A DNA stretch of 62,510 nt, taken from Neovahlkampfia damariscottae (taxonomy: Eukaryota). Location of the stretch: NCBI GenBank assembly GCA_016618085.1, contig JABLTG010000124.1, positions 1 to 62,510 of the forward strand, written 5' to 3'. The stretch's first letter is position 1, and each line of letters opens with the position of its first letter. Positions 8,285 to 22,512 of the stretch are shown here, one piece after another. The notes under the pieces were generated by a model. The model searched no databases. It was not told the origin of the DNA and saw nothing but the letters and a program-made list of their open reading frames with translations. The translations under genes and the position numbers were made by a program.

Positions 8285-10635
8285 TTTTGACAACCACATG
8301 CTTCTTTTGATAATGTTTCAATTTTTTCAATTTGTAATACCCATTCATCTTTTTTAGCTCCATCTAATAATTCTTTTCTATATTCTTCTATAATGGATTT
8401 TTTGAGTATTTTTTGACTTTGTTGTACAATACCATTAACTTCATAGGCAATTGTTTTAACATTTTGAATAGCAGTTACAGGTGATTCAGCAATTTCTTTT
8501 TCTAATTTTTCAAAAGAATCAGCAACGTTTGTCAAAGGTTTGAATATTTGAGTACTTGTAAATTTCTTTGAAAGTTGGATTGTATAAGTAACTAAATCTT
8601 TTGTTCTTTTGGATTTAAAATGTTTGTTGACCATTTCTCCAATTCTTTTTTTATGTTTTTTTACAGAGTGATCAATGGATTTCATGACTCTTACTCCAAT
8701 GTGACGTGCAATTCTTACAGTTGTGTGTTGTCTTGTTCTATCAAAGTTTAATCTTCTTCCAACACGAGAAACTGTTCTTGAGGTGTGTCCAGAATGTCTT
8801 CCACCACGACCACGTGCTCCTCTAGCACCTCTAGCACCTCTAGCACCTCTTCCACCTCTAGCACCTCTTCCTCCTCTTCCACCTCTAGCACCTCTTCCAC
8901 CTCTTCCTCCTCTTCCACCTCTAGCACCTCTAGCACCTCTTCCTCCTCTTCCACCTCTTCCACTTCTTCCACCTCTAGCACCTCTTCCACCTCTTCCACC
9001 TCTAGCACCTCTTCCTCCTCTACCACCTCCAGTATTTCTACCACCACGTGCTCCTTTGCTACCTCTTCCTTTACCAGAGGATTTTCCACTTCTGCCTTTT
9101 GATGACTTACTTCTGGATGAACTTCTTGAACTTCCTCTGGATCTGTTTGAATATCTACCTCTTGATGAGCTTCTAGATGAACTTCTTCCTCGTGATGAAC
9201 TTCTTGAACTACTTCTTGAGGAACTTCTGCCTCTTGATGAACTTCTACCTCGTGAAATGCTTCTTGATGAACCTCTTGATGAACTTCTACCACCTCCTCT
9301 TCTCAAAACTTCAACATCAAGAGTTGATTCTCCACCAACAGCTTTTTCAACTTTTTTATATTTCTTATCAAGATGTGAATGTAATTCACCAAAACGATGA
9401 TTAATTAAATTTTTCAGAGAGTCAAATTTATCAGCATGTGAAGAACTAAATTTTCTACTTATTCTTGTATGACGTCTTTTATTAGCTCTTGAACCACTTC
9501 TTCTTCTTGTTGAACCTCTTTGTTTTGCTCTTTTAGCAATTTCTCTTTTTTGAGCTTCAACAACTCTTTGATCTTTTGAAACTAAACCAATAATATCATC
9601 AACAAGTGTAATAGTTTCTTTTAATTCTTCTTCATATAAAACTCCAAATTTATTCATTCCTTCATGTAATTTTTCAACTGGTTCTGATAATTGTTGATTT
9701 TTAACATCAGGATTCTTTTTATTATCAAGTCTTGCATTGAATTCTGTAATATCCTCTAATTTACAAAATGATTGTTTTCCTAGTTTAATTTTATTAATGT
9801 AATAATTAGAGATAAAGTCAACTGAATTTGTAAAAAGTTTTAAAATTTTTTGACGTTGATTTGAACAAAGTTGTTCATCTAAAAGACCTCCACAGTTTAA
9901 TCCATTCATAGTATGTGCTAAAATTGAAAATTGAATAAAGTAACCATTGGTTGTTTTGAACTTTTTCAAATCTTCTTCAATGTTAGCTCTAATTAAATAA
10001 GAAGAAGAATCATGTATAACTTACGGGTTAAAATCAATTTTGAAACTTTCTTGTCTCAAAAAAACATCAAAACCTTTTTTGAGGTTAGCTAAAGCAACAA
10101 ATATGAATTTTCTCATGTGAGCATAATCACCATGGAATAAGTTTGAAAAAGCTTCAGCGTATTTGATATCATCTAAAATCGTGTTTAATTTATCCGCTTG
10201 TCCTTTTGTTATTTTTGAACCTGGATAAGCCAAAAGATGTTTTCTAAAAGCTTGTGAAGTAAATTGTTCACCTTTTGAGAATAACATTCCATATTTTTGT
10301 TCACAAACAGATCTATAAATTGAAGCATATGTTGGGTTATTGAGGTAAGTTTTTAAGTTTAATAAAACTTTGTTCATGACAGGTTTTTTTTTGTCACAAA
10401 TTTTATTACATTTTACTTCACATATTTCACCTAAAAAATTCAGAACTTTTTGTTTTTTACCATTGCATCTGGTTAATTGTTGTACTGCTTTGTTTACATC
10501 AATTCCAAGTACGTTTTCGTCTTCAAACGCTTCTGATAACTCAAGTGCTACAACTGAATTATCAACACAAGTCATAGGAACGGATAAAAATCCACAGATA
10601 AAACTGAGAAGCATAACAAAGAGTAAAAACCTCAT
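8281..10635 (-). CDS. Secreted 772-aa protein with a central RS/RGG low-complexity basic tract (intron 9989-10024)
   Basis: N-terminal signal peptide MRFLLFVMLLSFICGFLS; 36-nt GTAAGT..TTAG intron joins the two ORFs in frame. Confidence 0.8.
8812..9300 (-). repeat. Coding minisatellites: 9-bp units (RGG/RGA) and 12-bp units (RSSS)
   Basis: cctctagca/cctcttcca/cctcttcct arrays at about 8812-9030 and cttcttgatgaa-type arrays at about 9100-9300. Confidence 0.9.
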
Positions 10636-10851
10636 CTGTAATTTTTGTCCAATTGGATTTTTGACTGAACCATACAAGAAATTTATTGGTTAAAATTTGA
10701 GAAAGTGAGAATTAATCTATGAAAATGGAATTAAATTTAAAAATACTTAGAAATAACAATTAGATTTATTCATAATCTTCAATTCATGATTCGAGCCTCA
10801 TTGACCATCAGTTTGAAAAAAAAACAATTTTGAAAAAGGAGTCCATACTTT

Positions 10852-13800
10852 TTATAGAATTTCTTCAATAATAGTTTCATCTGTTTCTGGAACTTTTTCA
10901 TGGACGAAAGTTATATCCTTTGAATTTCGTACTTTTTTCTTTCTCAATCCGAGTGATACAAAAACTGAATTTCTTTTCGGATCTGATATCACTTCATTAT
11001 CAATTCCGACTAAGTTTACATCTTTTGAATTCCTCAATGTTTTTCTTCTTGGATCGTTTTCATTCACTCCAATAGATTCATAAATTTTAGACATCAAGTC
11101 ATCATGATCAATTTCTTTATCAGCTTTTGATCCAATTTTAACATTTTGGAAAAATCCACTTTTTCTTTCTTTCTGTGATTCATCTGATTCCGAATCATAA
11201 TCTTCAAGATCAACTTGAGTAACTTGAACTACCTTTGCCGTTACTTTTTGTTGAATATTTTTTCTTTTTTTGTCAAGCAATGCAACATTCTTTTTAAGAC
11301 GATTGAATGAAAAGATATCAAAAATAATTTGATTCATTGATTTAGTTTTATCTTCATCTGTAGTTTCTTCTTTAATTTCTTCATTGTAGTTATATTCTTC
11401 TTTGAAATTTTCATTTGAAGTTTCTTTTTCCTTTTGAAGATCATGTCGTAATTTTCTCAATGATTTTCGATCTTTCTTTCTTCTGATTAATATGTCAAAT
11501 AAAAACATTCCTAAAACTAAGATGTTTGAACCAATAACGATGACCATGGTAGTGAAGATCAATAATAATTTTAATTCATTTGGAAAGCTTTTTCCAGGCA
11601 GAGCGTCAACATAAAACAATAATCCTGAGAACAGAGATAATAATGTTGCGATTAAAACAAAATATTCCATTAAGTTACTAATTGGTTAAAAATTTCAAAG
11701 TCTTACTGGAATTTTTTTTTATAAGGAATCAAATGATATTGAAACATCATTGATACAAAAATGACAGCGATTCCAAGAGACATTAACAAAACAGGTTCAA
11801 ATAAAACTTGTAAAATGGCAAAAGAAGCTTTTCTAATTCTGATAGTCATTTCCCAAAAGAAGTATTTCTTTTTAAAATTTCGAAGAGTATAAGAATTTGA
11901 TTCTTTGAAGAATTCTTTGTCCTTTAATCTCTTAAAATTTAAAATTAGCAAACCAAAGTAAATTATGGCGCCAAAACCAAACAGAAAAATTGTGAGCATT
12001 GACAAAGGTAAAAATAAGAACCATGTACCTTCATAACAGAATATATCTGGACTCAATTTCAAAGTTTGTCTTCCATTAGGATGTATAATGCAACCAAATG
12101 GTTGAAATGCAGTTGACATGATTGTTAAATAAAAAATTGCGATGAATGAAGAATATCCATTGATTACTTTAGCAAATAAACTGATAAAATCTTTTTGGGT
12201 TGATTTTTCTTTCATTCCCCAAAGTAATTTGTTGTACATTGATATGAATAAATTTTTGATATATTTCTTCAAAGACTGTGGAAGTACTTTTAATCTTTCA
12301 AAAAGTAATTTTTTCTTTTCATTTTGTGAAATGATTGGTTCTTTGTACTTTAAATCATATCTTTTCGCTATTGCTGCTCCAATATGAGTAGCAAATAGTG
12401 AACGAACAATAGCAGCAAGATATAAACCAGCAAATAAAGCCAAAAATATAAATGGTAATGAAATATTGAAAAAGTAAGTGTGATAATATGTCAAATATGG
12501 AAGAATACATTCTGGCGCCAAAAAGTCAAAATCAAAATTTGATGTTGAAGCAGCTGATAACGTAAGATCAACAACACCAGGCCATTTAACATCCAAAGAT
12601 GAAAATACAGCTATGATTTGCCAAAATCCAAAAACGATATTCATTGAAATCAAATGAGATGTCTTTGTTGATGTTATAAAAAAGAACAGTATAAGACAAA
12701 CAACCAAAAAACTAATAATAATGATAGTCAAAAAGAATTTGAAATAAGACCCATCTTGACATGGATAGCATCTTCCTTTTGATTTATAGAAGTCTCTTTG
12801 ACAAACACCACAAAGATAGTTCTCATAGCCAATAGTGCAATTTTCTGATCCTCCTCCAGAGCAACTAATTGCAGGTTTACACTTATAGAATGAATTGACG
12901 TCTGATGAACTAAACCAATACCCAGGTTTTGCAATTGGAACAGTTAAATTCTTCTTTGAGCAGATAGCACCTTCAGGGCATTGATTACATTTATCGATGA
13001 TATCATTGTATGTTCCTGGGTTTTGATAGTATCCTACATCACATATACAATCAAGAACATCTTTTAATCCTTCATTCAAAGATGTTGATCTCTCTGGACA
13101 TTTCAAACAAGTAGCTGATCCACTAATTGAGCCATAAGATCCTTTTTCACAATCCAAGCATTGATATAATCCAATTGTAGGTTTATATGTACCAAGACTG
13201 CAATTTTGACATGGCACCGAATAATTATCAGCTCCTTGACCTGATAAATGAGTTTAGAATTTTAGAGTCTTACCAATGATACAAGGTTCAAAATAGTATT
13301 CTTGTGAACCACCAAACGTTGGTGAAAACCAATCATGTTTGTTCCAACTCAAAAACACTTTTGAAAATCCCTCTGGATGACTTGGAACAATACAAGTTAG
13401 TCTATTGGAAGCTCTGTAAATACAAGGTTCTGATTCAATGGAATCAAATTTTAGAACTGGTTGTATAGAACTAAATCCACTTCCATAAATAGTCATAGTA
13501 TTTCCTCCAAATGCAATTCCCGAAGTTGGTATATACTGAGTGAACGTTGGGATGGCTATGGAAAAAATTAGATAAATTAGTCTTACAAATTATTGAAAGT
13601 ACAATTCTTGATGAATATTCTGAATGTTCGTTAAGTAATGCAAGTTCAACATATGCCCCAATATTTGAGATTGTCAAATCACAAGACAAATATAAATTTG
13701 TATCAGTTCCATTGATTTCTTGTTTTGGTACTTTATATGTGAATGCAGAATCTGAATGTCCCTTCCCCACATAAACAACACAATGAGTAACATTTTGGAA

Positions 13801-16800
13801 TTCTAGCCCTTGAATTGTAACAGTAGTTTTACGACTTCCATGTAATATATTTGGGGTTACAGCATAAAGCAGTAGTTGAGAATACCTGTCAATGTAAAGA
13901 ATATCAAATGCTTGTGAATAATGTAATCCTTTGTCAAATGAAAATTCCATTGTCATTGGTGCTGGATAACTGAGTATACCTCTGGAAGAAGAAGATGTAA
14001 ACGAAATATCGTTGATCAATGGAGCAGAAAATGAAATAGTATTTTCAGTGTAGCTTGGTGATATTAATGTTGAAACAGAATCCACTAGCTCACTTCTGAT
14101 TCTAATTCGAACAAGATTTTTAAATAGAGTCAATGTTGGAAATTTAAATCCTGATAATTTTGTTGCAGCTCTTTTGAATGAAAAAAATGTAAGTTTTTCT
14201 GAGTATTCATCATTATATAAAGCAGTTATTATTGGTGTTTCAATGACATACATGGATGAACTGATTAAGTGCTCATCAACAAAATTGTTAGTTGATAATG
14301 ACAATCTGTATCCAGAGCCTGGTGTCATATTGAAAGCCGGAAAAATGAATTTCATAACTTGTTTGTCAATGAATGTGATATTCTTTGTAATTACATAATC
14401 TGTTCCTTTGTATAGTTTCATTGAAAAATCACCATTGAACATATTATTTCCAACCAAAGAAATGGTTTCAGTCATTTTAGTTGGGATTACATTGTAACTA
14501 GATACAGAAAGAGACATTGCTTAGAAATGGTAAATAAAGTATTTCTTTTACCATAAATTTCAATATATTTGGTATTTAGAAACAATGGGGTCCATTTTTC
14601 GTTTATCAATTGTGAAACAATGAGTTTGAAACTTCCAGAAACTGATACTTGACTTTTTGAGATGCATTTTGAGAAATCTTTGATACAATCAAATTCCACA
14701 AAAGTGTTTTGATTGGGGTTTTCGACTGCATCAATATGCAACTTCGTTGGGTTTTGTATTCCAATATTTGCTGTAAGCAATGAAGATGCATTGAATTCTA
14801 TATGTGAGAGAGTTTTGAATTCATTTGGAATTAATGATATTGAAACTGTTGAAGTTTAAATAAATCTCATTTTTACCTGGTGATAATATTGAAGTTGTGA
14901 ATGAAGAAAAGGTTTGAGTAATTCCATGATCAAATGTCACTGAAATCTTCAATTCTCTTGGAAATGTGATGTTAAAATCTTGAAATGATATCAAATTTGT
15001 GTATAAATGTGTTGAATTGATGAACATGGCTTTTTCATAGTTGTTCACATAATTGTCATAAAATCTGATGAAAATTTCACTAGAATTCAAGAAACCTGTT
15101 CCGATTAAATAAATATCAGTGAAGTAGCGATCTTGAATATATTCATTGATTGAAATTAAAGTAGGATTAACTAAAAGTTAGAAAATGATATTCACTAACC
15201 ATCTTGAATAAAAAGAGATGTAGTTTTTGCATAATCTACTTCATTGATTGAAAAATATACATCAACTTCTCCGGCCTTGGAAAATCCCGGTCTTGGGCAT
15301 TTCAATCTAACAGGTGACAATATTTGACATAGTTTAACCATTATCTCATCAAATTGACTGGATAAGTACATTAGAATGATTAAAAATAAAACTTTTCATA
15401 TTTCACACGAACTTTAAAATCAAATAGATTCATAAAATTCGTGGTGAAAATAATATCCCCAGTTGAATTGATGGGGAAATATTGAGAAGGAGAATATCTT
15501 TTGATTACAATTTCACCTAAATAATTGTTAATAGTGAAAAAACTTACTATGGAAGAGAAAACTTGGATAGAATTGAACAGCTCTTTGTGAATTTATAGTC
15601 AATGAAATATCCATCAATTTTGAAAAGTTGTCTGATTTATAGAAACTTTCCACAGAAGGAACAGTGCAATTTAGCATATTCTGTTCAACTGAACAATTAT
15701 TTCCTGATAATTGACTGCCATCAATATCTTCTACAGTTAATGCAATGATGTAATCTTGATAAATTGAAGTTGGAAAAATTGTTTCTTGTTCAATTGGAAA
15801 AAGAAATTGAAGAATACTTCGACCTGATGAAAAACCATTCAATTTTGGTAGCAACAATTCATCAATGATATGAATCGTGGCAGATTTGTTTGTCAACATT
15901 ATTTGTCGTGAATCAATTTCTGCAGATATTTCAATTGAATAATTTCCTGAAGTCCCAAAGTTTGTGAGAAATTCACATGCGAATTGGGACTTGGTTTCAA
16001 TTCCAGGTTGTAATTCATTTATTTTCAAATCTGTTCTGATTGGAAATGAATTTCTGATATCACCTTGAATAACATGACATTTTACATTAAAATCACTGTT
16101 GATGTACTTTTCTGTGTTCAATATCAAAGGAAGGGGAGAAAATTGAAATTGATACAACTGAATAACAAATGGTTTCAAGTGTTCTATTGTTAAAGTTCTA
16201 TAATAACTTAAATGATGTACTCCAACCATCATTGATCTACTTGAAGGAATATGAGTAATATTGAGAATAAAATTCATTCTCAACGGAACATAATTCAAAT
16301 TTTCAATGTATTCATGAGATAAAAAGCATTGTGGATAAGTATTAAAATAATTGCAATTTACAATTGTTGATGAATTTGTGGGTTCGACTGAATTCATTAT
16401 TAATTCATATTTGATTGTGTCTCTTTGAATTGAATTCATATTTAATATTGGATCTAATATTGTTGAATTGATTAGATTTTCAGATTTCCAACCAATTGAT
16501 TGCTTGACGAACAAATATGATTCAGGTTTACTTGTCAAAGATATTTGATAACTTGATGAAGCATTTATCCAAATATCAATATCATACACATCCAGAACAC
16601 TGACAAAATTGTTCTTCTCAATTGTGCATTGTATTTTGCTCAAATTTTGAAGTGGGAAATATTTCACACCTTCGTCAATAGTTTGAAATCTACAATAAGT
16701 TTCTTTCACGGTAAGTAGAGTTCCTGTGATTTCTAATGTGATATTTTTTGATATTTTAGTGTTTGTTTGGTACACATGACCAAAGGAAGATATTGATTTA

Positions 16801-19800
16801 AATGAAAATTGATCTTCAAAAGAATGTTAATTTCAAGAAAAATCGAACTTAAAAAGTAGAACAACAAAGGTGCTTTTGAGATGAAAACTTCAAAATTCTT
16901 CAATTTTGATATCATAATCAATGAAATATTGGTTGAATAGATTCCACTTCCTTCTTTTTCTATGATGCACATAAATACATTCTTTCCAATTAATGTTGCA
17001 TTTGATCTTTTTGAACCAAAATTACACTGATAATAAACTGAATGATTATACAAGTTATCATAATCCGAATTTAATTCAACAGTAAAATTTTTTTCAATTG
17101 TTGCAAAAGGAACGACAGAAGTGATATTTATAACATCTAAATGTATTAAGACAAAAAAAATTTACCATTAACCATTATATCAATCACTGACTCTGATAAT
17201 TTCACTTCTCCATCTGATCCGTCTTTTGAAATAAAAAACAAATTCAATTTCTCAAATTTCCTTTGACTTGAATGAATTTCACAATTATAAGTGTCATTTA
17301 AAATTTGAAATGTTGGGATGAATTTATTTCCCCATTTACATTTAATTGAATTCAATTGCTCATTAGTCAGGTGAAGTTTTGTTAATTCTTCAATTCTTAG
17401 TGTGACATTTCTCCTATCATTGATTCCAAAAATATCTTGATTTGAAATCAAAGAGATCACAGAGAAACCTGTGAAAGTAACCGGTGATTTATTTGAAATT
17501 AAAATCATTGATCTCGGTTCCAAACTCTTTGGATTGAAATAATGTAAATCCAAAGTGAATACTCCATCTGATTCTATGGATTGAACATTCATTTCAAAAT
17601 TGGTTGAATTCAGTGTTCCATAAGAAAACCTTTTATCATAAATTGTATTTGATCCATACGCAACGTAAAGTAAACCTTCTGAAATGGTCAACTGTTTACT
17701 GAGTGTAACATTCATTTTAAATATTCCTTTTGTTGATTCAACAACTTTTGGATAGTAATCCAGCACCATGAGAGTATCTTAATAAGTTAGAATAAAAAAA
17801 AATATTACCATAAAAAATGAACGCAGTGGATATTGTTCTTGCATCCAAAAACATAATTTCCAAAGAAGTGTACAAAATCACATCATTCAATGATATTGAA
17901 GGAGAAACACATCTCAAATCTGTTGACAAGATTGTGCAATTGAATAAATATTTGTCTGTTAAGTTTGCTCTTCCAAAAACTACGTTTGAAAAATTTCCCT
18001 TATAATTTTTGATGAACATTTCAGTTCCTCCTTCAGGTTTTCCATAACAAGGCTCAAAAAAATTTTCATCTAAAAAATTAGAAAAGAAAAATAATCACTT
18101 TTCACTTCAAATGATGCATTTCCGAAAGTGAGTTGCTTCTCAATTCCCTTTGTATGTATCCAAACGTTCAAGAAATAAAATCCAATTTTAAAGGAAATGT
18201 CATTAATAGTACAAGAGAATAATCCAGGAATTGATGAATTTGTGGTTGCATTAATTTGAATTGGAGAGTTTTCAAATGAAGTAAAATGACAAAAATAATG
18301 ATTTGAATCATAGTTCGAATCTGTTGTAAAATTTGTTTGTATTTTAATCTTTTGAGTTGTGTTAACTTTCATTCCAATTGGTGTTATAAAATCAATTTTA
18401 GAACGTTTTAAAACTACAACTTCCAATGTATTTGATGATATTGGAAATTTAGAAATCCCGTCATTGAACCATAGTGAAATATTTTGAACTCCTATTGTAA
18501 CTATTTGAAAGGCACATTGAAATGTATCAAATCCAGATATTCTTCCAATATAACTGATGGAAGAAGTGTAACCATTTTCTAGTGTTAACATACATTCAAT
18601 TTTATTGATCAATGAAGGTGGTACTTTAACAAAAGTTGAGATATTCACAATCAAAAAATCAACATCATATTTCACTATTTCCGCATTACTATCAGTAAAT
18701 TTAATATTCTTTTGTGGAAGATAATGAAATTCATGAGGACTCTTTGACAAATAGATATCTTTTTGAGTAAAATTTGGTGCTTTCAAAACTACATCAATTT
18801 CTAAAGAGTTGGACGAAACGAATGGAATGAAACATTCAATGGATTTTGAACTTTTAATCACAGCATTCCAATATCTCGTGCTATTTTTACATAGAATCGA
18901 ATAACTTTCATTTTTGATATTGAACGTTGATGCATCAAAATCTACTCTCAAAGTTAAGTTTTGTTGGTCTAATACTGCCAAGGGTTTCAAAATTGAAATA
19001 GAATTATTTTCTTGCATAAAAACATCAGAAATTCAATCTAAAACTTACTGAAAACAAGTACCCTTTCATTAATTTTTGTAACATCATTCCACATATTATT
19101 TCCAACATTTAAAATATTTTCTTTGAGTTGAAGTGAAAATGCAACCGAAAATATGTCATGACTCAATGAAATTGGAAATTGTACTTTTGAACAAAATAAT
19201 TCCAAGTTTTGATGAAAACATGATATTTGAATTTTATCCATATCAGTCAATCGAAATTCTGTTGAATTATAATATTTTGGAATTGTTATTCTTTCAGTGA
19301 TATTCTTCAAAACTGTGAAATGAAAAATATCATCAAATTCAAACAAATTGTTTGAATATAAAATTTCTACAGTTTCAAAAATTAAATAGTCCTTACTTGT
19401 ATAAACGATTTTTGTAAACATTTCATTTTTCTGGTTTAGCAATGGATGATCTAAATAAAATCTGATTGAACTGACATTTTCTGATTTTTTTATTTGGAAC
19501 TCACATGAAAATTCAGAATTCGAATACAATTTTGTGGCATTTTTGATTTCAGTTGAATCTAAAAATACCAATTTAAGTATGTATATTTCTTACCATCACA
19601 CGCAAATATATAAGTTGGATTCAAATGTTTTGTTGCTGCCATCCTTACAATTATCGTCTCTTGAGAATCATATGATGGGTAATCAATGATAAATTGAACA
19701 TGTTTTGACATTTCAAATACTGAAAATGAATAAATAAAATTGAAAAACGAACTCAATAATGTTGATGTGTTAAAAGGTGATAGGTAAGAAACTCCCAAAA

Positions 19801-22369
19801 CTGATGACTTTTTATAAAGGTAGAATCTTAACTCTTCAGCAACATATATATTTGTTGTAATTACTGGAAAGGTACATTCTGAAAAATAATGAAAATGTTG
19901 ACAAAAAGATTGTGTTGAGATGAAAGTGGATGATGGTATGATGTTTAGTACGTAACTGTCATAAACAACTGTTTCTCTTCCAATCAAATCTTCAAATTCA
20001 ATTGTGTAGTTTTTCAAGAAATAAGTTGAATCGATGATATTTGGTAAGCGATTCCCTGGATGAGGATCTAAAGAAATTTAGAAATTCAAATTCAAATTAC
20101 TTTTTGAATAAACCATAGTGAGATTATTTGGTGATATTGTGAATCCACCTTGTGAATTATTGACATATAATTCAAATACAGCTCTTTCCAAATTTTCTGT
20201 CAATGAAATAGCTAAAAAGCTACATTGAACTCTTGTAGAAGTAACCGAAATTGTATCTGAATAAGTAGTTTGATTTTTATAAGTTATTTTGCAAAATAAA
20301 TCCTCGTTTGTTACCAGATTTGTTTTTGTGTAGATCTGGAAACTACTTGAATAACTTGAAGTGGATGGACTGATAGAAAAAGGGTTCATAACATTCAAAT
20401 CTACCGGATTCCAAAAATTTAAATTTTTGGAATTTGAAATCACCAATACATCCCCAGTATCAAAGGCTTCTGCAACAATTTTCGCACTGACTATTTGTTG
20501 CGATTCATTTGACAAAGAGGTACTCAAAAATTGATTTGATAATGTTAATCTTTGAGAATTCCCACCATAAGTCAAATTGAAATTCACATTCCCTTGTAAA
20601 TTTGAAAATCCTGGAACATTAACAGTAATATTTGTAGGAACATGAAATATTGAATTAGGTTGTAAAATATCTGAAAGATCCAAAAAATTAATGGAAATGA
20701 ATTTCAATTGGTTTGTTGATAATTGTATTCTGTCATCAATTGAATCAATAAATAATGGATCAAATGAATAAACATATGATAATGTTGATGTCAAAGGATT
20801 TTTTAAAATATAGTTTCCATAATAAATTGTGTAGTTTCTTGAAAAAGTTTCATTGTGTTGAGATACGAATCTAATATCAGAAAAAGAACAAGTACAACAA
20901 CTTAAATATCTTGGAATCTGTATTCCATTATAAACTACAATAACATCCGAACAATCACCATTCTTGATTTTTTGTTGATTTATCAAAGTCAAAGTGCTGA
21001 AAGTAGCAATTCTAATTATATTCGGTTTTACAGAGTTTGTTGAATTAATCTCTAATGTTGTTTTATGCAAGAAATACCCAGGAACACCTTTTACAGTGAA
21101 TAATTTTGGTTTTAAATAAATTAATGATAAATTATGAACTCCTGGTTGACCTGAATTTATATTACAACTATATTGATTTCCAATTTTTGTGATAGGGTAT
21201 AGTGTGTCATTGAGAGAACATTTCAATCGAAAATTATTCCCTGTGAAACTTATGATTGAATCAAGTTTAACAGAATTCATAGTTGATGAGAAAGAAATCG
21301 ATTTGATACCTGATCCATAAGAGATATTAAATTTTTCTAAAGAGTTTTAAAGAGGAAATTGCCTTACCTGAATATTCAATGCTTAAGGAATTTGTTGATA
21401 AAATAGAAGATACACCTTTGTAAATGAATACTAAAGTGAGATCTTCTTTGCTTTGAGTCATGTTCACATCTATACATTCAATTTCATTTGAATTGATGTA
21501 GGCTGCCCGAAAAATACCTCCTGTAGCTAAAGAACATTTAAGAGTTGAATTAAATTCTTGAGGAAGTGAATTCAGAAAATTGAGAGAAAAATTTGATGGA
21601 TTTCTAAGGAGTATACCATCTCCAATTTCATATATTTGTTGTTTTTCTATGATAAAAAAATGAACCAAAAGGGTTTCTTCTTACCTCCAAAAAGAAATTT
21701 GAAAGTTGCAATAGAAGGTCTTCCAGTGATAGTAGCAATGGATATATCATATTCAAATAAACCTGAACCTAAGTTTGAACTTATTGAGGAACAACTTAAA
21801 GCAGTTTCATTTACAAAAGTACCAACAACTATTCTTCCAGCACCTGAGCAATAATAAGTTGTTCCTGGTTGCAATGTTTTCTCACTGAAAACTATAAATA
21901 CTTTTGTATAAGTGCTCCCTGATTCTGGGAAAACAGAAACTATATCATTTGCCTTGAAAAAAATTAAAAAAAAAAAAAAAACTTCAAAAAAATCAAGTGA
22001 AAAAGATTCAAGAAATATATAGGTTTCATTTCTTAAACTGAGTGATATAGATACATAAGTTTCATTTATGTTCATATTTTCTTGATAGCAGTACTGAATG
22101 GTTGATTCATTCATAACACAAGGAAATTGAATATTGTACTGTGCATTGTAAAGTGAAGGTGTACCAAAAAACTTTGTAATTTCGTTTCCTGAGTTATAAG
22201 ATAATGTATAATTTGTATATCTTCCGATGATACTACTACCTACAGTTGGTCCACTTGACTTTATGGTGAACCCTGTCATTTTCATTTTGGTTAATAATAT
22301 TTAAAAAATACCTGGATATTGTGCCAGAGATAACCCATATAGAAAAACAAAAAAGAGAACAATTTTCAT
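10852..22369 (-). CDS. Giant multi-exon surface receptor-like protein: signal peptide, many IPT/TIG/Ig-like repeats, Cys-rich GCC2/GCC3-like repeats, multi-pass membrane domain and cytoplasmic tail
   Basis: MKIVLFFVFLYGLSLAQ start at 22369; chain of minus-strand ORFs separated by short GT-AG introns; CQNCSLGTYK..CLDCEKGSY repeats; roughly 7-9 TM helices at 11.5-12.75 kb. Single-gene status is inferred; not every junction was checked. Confidence 0.72.
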
Positions 22370-22512
22370 TATTTTGTTTGTGCAAGAAATATTGTTTCCT
22401 ATTGGTTGTTGAAAAACCTCCTTTTGGAGGTGTGACTTTCTAGATATGTCCAAGTTACTCAATTTCAAAAATTGTTATTAAAGCTGTTTATTTTCTAAAA
22501 AAAACAATTTAT

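Noticed and set aside
8723..9404. Long antisense and alternate-frame ORFs (PPL/APL, SST and EEV repeats)
   Set aside because: These are stop-free shadows of the 9-bp and 12-bp coding repeats in the RGG gene, with no independent start context
22416..22431. ACCTCC-TTTT-GGAGGT hairpin upstream of the giant gene
   Set aside because: It is only a 6-bp stem in a single occurrence, and its Shine-Dalgarno-like look is irrelevant in a eukaryote
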